A DNA stretch of 63,101 nucleotides, counting the filler, from Chthonomonadaceae bacterium (GTDB lineage Bacteria > Armatimonadota > Chthonomonadetes > Chthonomonadales > Chthonomonadaceae), in the NCBI GenBank assembly GCA_035650735.1. It is 6 parts of 6 records of this genome, joined end to end, with 100 filler letters (N's around TTAATTAATTAA, not from the genome) between each part and the next. Parts side by side here need not be neighbours in the genome. Positions count along the whole stretch, not along the records: positions 60,329 to 63,101 come from DASRGZ010000054.1; 5 more parts are not named here. The stretch is one strand, 5' to 3'. The notes below the pieces were generated by a model. The model had not been told where the DNA came from and did not search any database. It saw nothing but the letters and a program-made list of their open reading frames with translations. Of this stretch, positions 61,638-63,101 are shown in pieces. Numbering within the stretch: the first letter of the stretch is position 1; each line of letters begins with the position of its first letter. The position numbers and the translations under genes are program-made.

Positions 61638-62024
61638 CTACGTCCGCATTATACGAAGCGGGATGAGCATGACGGGATCGAAGGATAAACGGGAGGGGGC
61701 GCTACTGTCCCGTAGGGCGACTGTAAGCAAGAGGGGAAGAGAAGGACTTTCTGCCACGTTCCTCGGTAGCGCCTCCCAGGGGATCCACATCTGTAACGCG
61801 CAACCCGCTTCCGAAAAGGAGGCACGGACATTCTCCAGCCCGAGGTGCCAGTACTCGATCCCGCGCGGGCTGACATTTACCGTATAGTCCATATCGACAG
61901 GCTGGCCCGCAGGAAAGTAGCGTCCACCCCGCAGCGAGATATGATACTCCTGGCTCTCTCCCTTAAGAGGCGACAGCAACCAAAACTGAAACATGAGGGA
62001 CTTGGCTCCCCAGGTTACATCCAA
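61638..62024 (-). CDS. hypothetical protein, possibly a fragment cut by the IS3 element
   Basis: 128-aa ORF directly next to the IS3 end. Confidence 0.4.
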   Translation of the reverse strand: MDVTWGAKSLMFQFWLLSPLKGESQEYHISLRGGRYFPAGQPVDMDYTVNVSPRGIEYWHLGLENVRASFSEAGCALQMWIPWEALPRNVAESPSLPLLLTVALRDSSAPSRLSFDPVMLIPLRIMRT

Positions 62025-62053
62025 CTGAACCGAAATGCGCTCCCTGAGCGTAG

Positions 62054-62960
62054 TGACCTGCCCGCGAAATTCTGAACCACAGAGAATGTTAGTCCTCGGT
62101 GGTCTGTGACTGCTCTTGCAGCCATTGCTGCTTGAACTCCTGTGGGGTCAGATACCCCAACGATTGGTGCGGACGGGCTTCATTATACTCCCGACGGTAG
62201 GCTTCAATCAGCGCACGCGCTTCGACGACAGTGGCAAAAAGATTGGCAGCCAAGCATTCGTCACGGAACTTGCCGTTGAAACTTGCTGCAAATCCGTTTT
62301 GCCAGGGGCAACCCGGATCAATATAGAGCGTTCCCGTCTGCTGCTCCCGCAACCAGACTTTGAGGGCTTCGGCGATGAATTCCGGCCCGTTGTCGCTGCG
62401 AAGAAACTGGGGAACCCTCTGCCCTGCCACCAGGCTCTTCAGCACCGCGATCACCTTGTTGGCGGGCAGCGAGGTCGCCACTTCAATGGCCAGGCATTCG
62501 CGGGTGAACTCGTCCACAACGGTCAGGCATTTGAGTTTGCTGCCATCCATACAGGCATCGTGAACAAAGTCATAGGTCCAGACGTGACCAGGATACTGTG
62601 CCTGGGTGGGCAACGTCCTCGGCTCTTTTGGCGGCTTGCGCCTGCGACGCGCACGACGCGGCGCTTGCAGCCCCAAGCGCTTCCAGAGCCGATGCACCCG
62701 CGTGTCGCGTGGGCGTTGTCCCTGGCGGTGCAACAGCGCCCACGCGCGCCGAGAGCCATAGCGACGATGCCGCCCTGCGATAGAGAGCAAACGCACGCTC
62801 ATATCCGCATTGTGATCGGGGCGCGGTTGGTAATGCAGGGTCGAACGGGACACGCCGATGATCTGACAAGCCCGTCGTTGGGAAAGCCCGCGTGCGGTAA
62901 AGAAGTCCACCCCTTCTCGGCGCGCGGCAATATCGGCTACTTTTTTGCCAGGAACTCTTT
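62054..62960 (-). mobile_element. IS3-family element (orfB integrase/transposase 62089-62910), orfA interrupted by IS5
   Basis: WTYDFVHD, VVDEFTRECL, RSDNGPEF, PWQNGFA.SFNGKFRDECL, RPHQSLGYLTP; end TGACCTGCCC; orfA tail EFLAKK* on an A6G slippery run. Confidence 0.92.
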
Positions 62961-62961
62961 A

Positions 62962-63101
62962 GAGCGCCTAACAAAACCTATTTGAGCTTGGCGAGGAAGT
63001 TCCAGCAGATGAGGGCACCACCCAAGGTCAGGAACGCCTCATGAATGTCGTCGCGACGCTCATAGCGCACCTTCAACCGCCGAAAACGATTGAGCCAGGC
63101 A
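62962..63101 (-). mobile_element. IS5-family element right end (transposase C-terminus, stop at 62978-62980)
   Basis: AWLNRFRRLKVRYERRDDIHEAFLTLGGALICW; terminal GAGCGCCTAACAAAA next to TA. Confidence 0.9.

Overview
GC-rich bacterial draft-genome window made of six contig pieces joined by artificial N-TTAATTAATTAA-N linkers (22341-22440, 29286-29385, 42613-42712, 49534-49633, 60229-60328), so adjacency across linkers means nothing. Gene content (lnt, porin, DUF6785-type membrane protein, DivIVA/YggT, long SecA) suggests a diderm Terrabacteria lineage such as Armatimonadota; this is inference only. Housekeeping genes include gatB, a pur cluster (purS, purQ, purL, purF, purM) interrupted by accessory cargo, lnt, tpiA, pgk and secA. 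The window also has secreted hydrolases, ABC components, several decayed IS elements (IS3, IS1-like, IS4-like, IS5) and several families of palindromic intergenic repeats. Most notable: (1) a helical protein and the N-terminus of its downstream gene share an N/Q/I-rich motif, as in Bell-domain/NLR amyloid-signalling pairs, but the putative NLR gene is broken; (2) purL carries an in-frame ~80-codon insertion built from the genome's intergenic palindromic repeat; (3) a ~200-bp MITE has the same ends as an IS4-like element elsewhere in the window. No rRNA, tRNA or CRISPR array was recognised. All calls were made by eye, without database searches.
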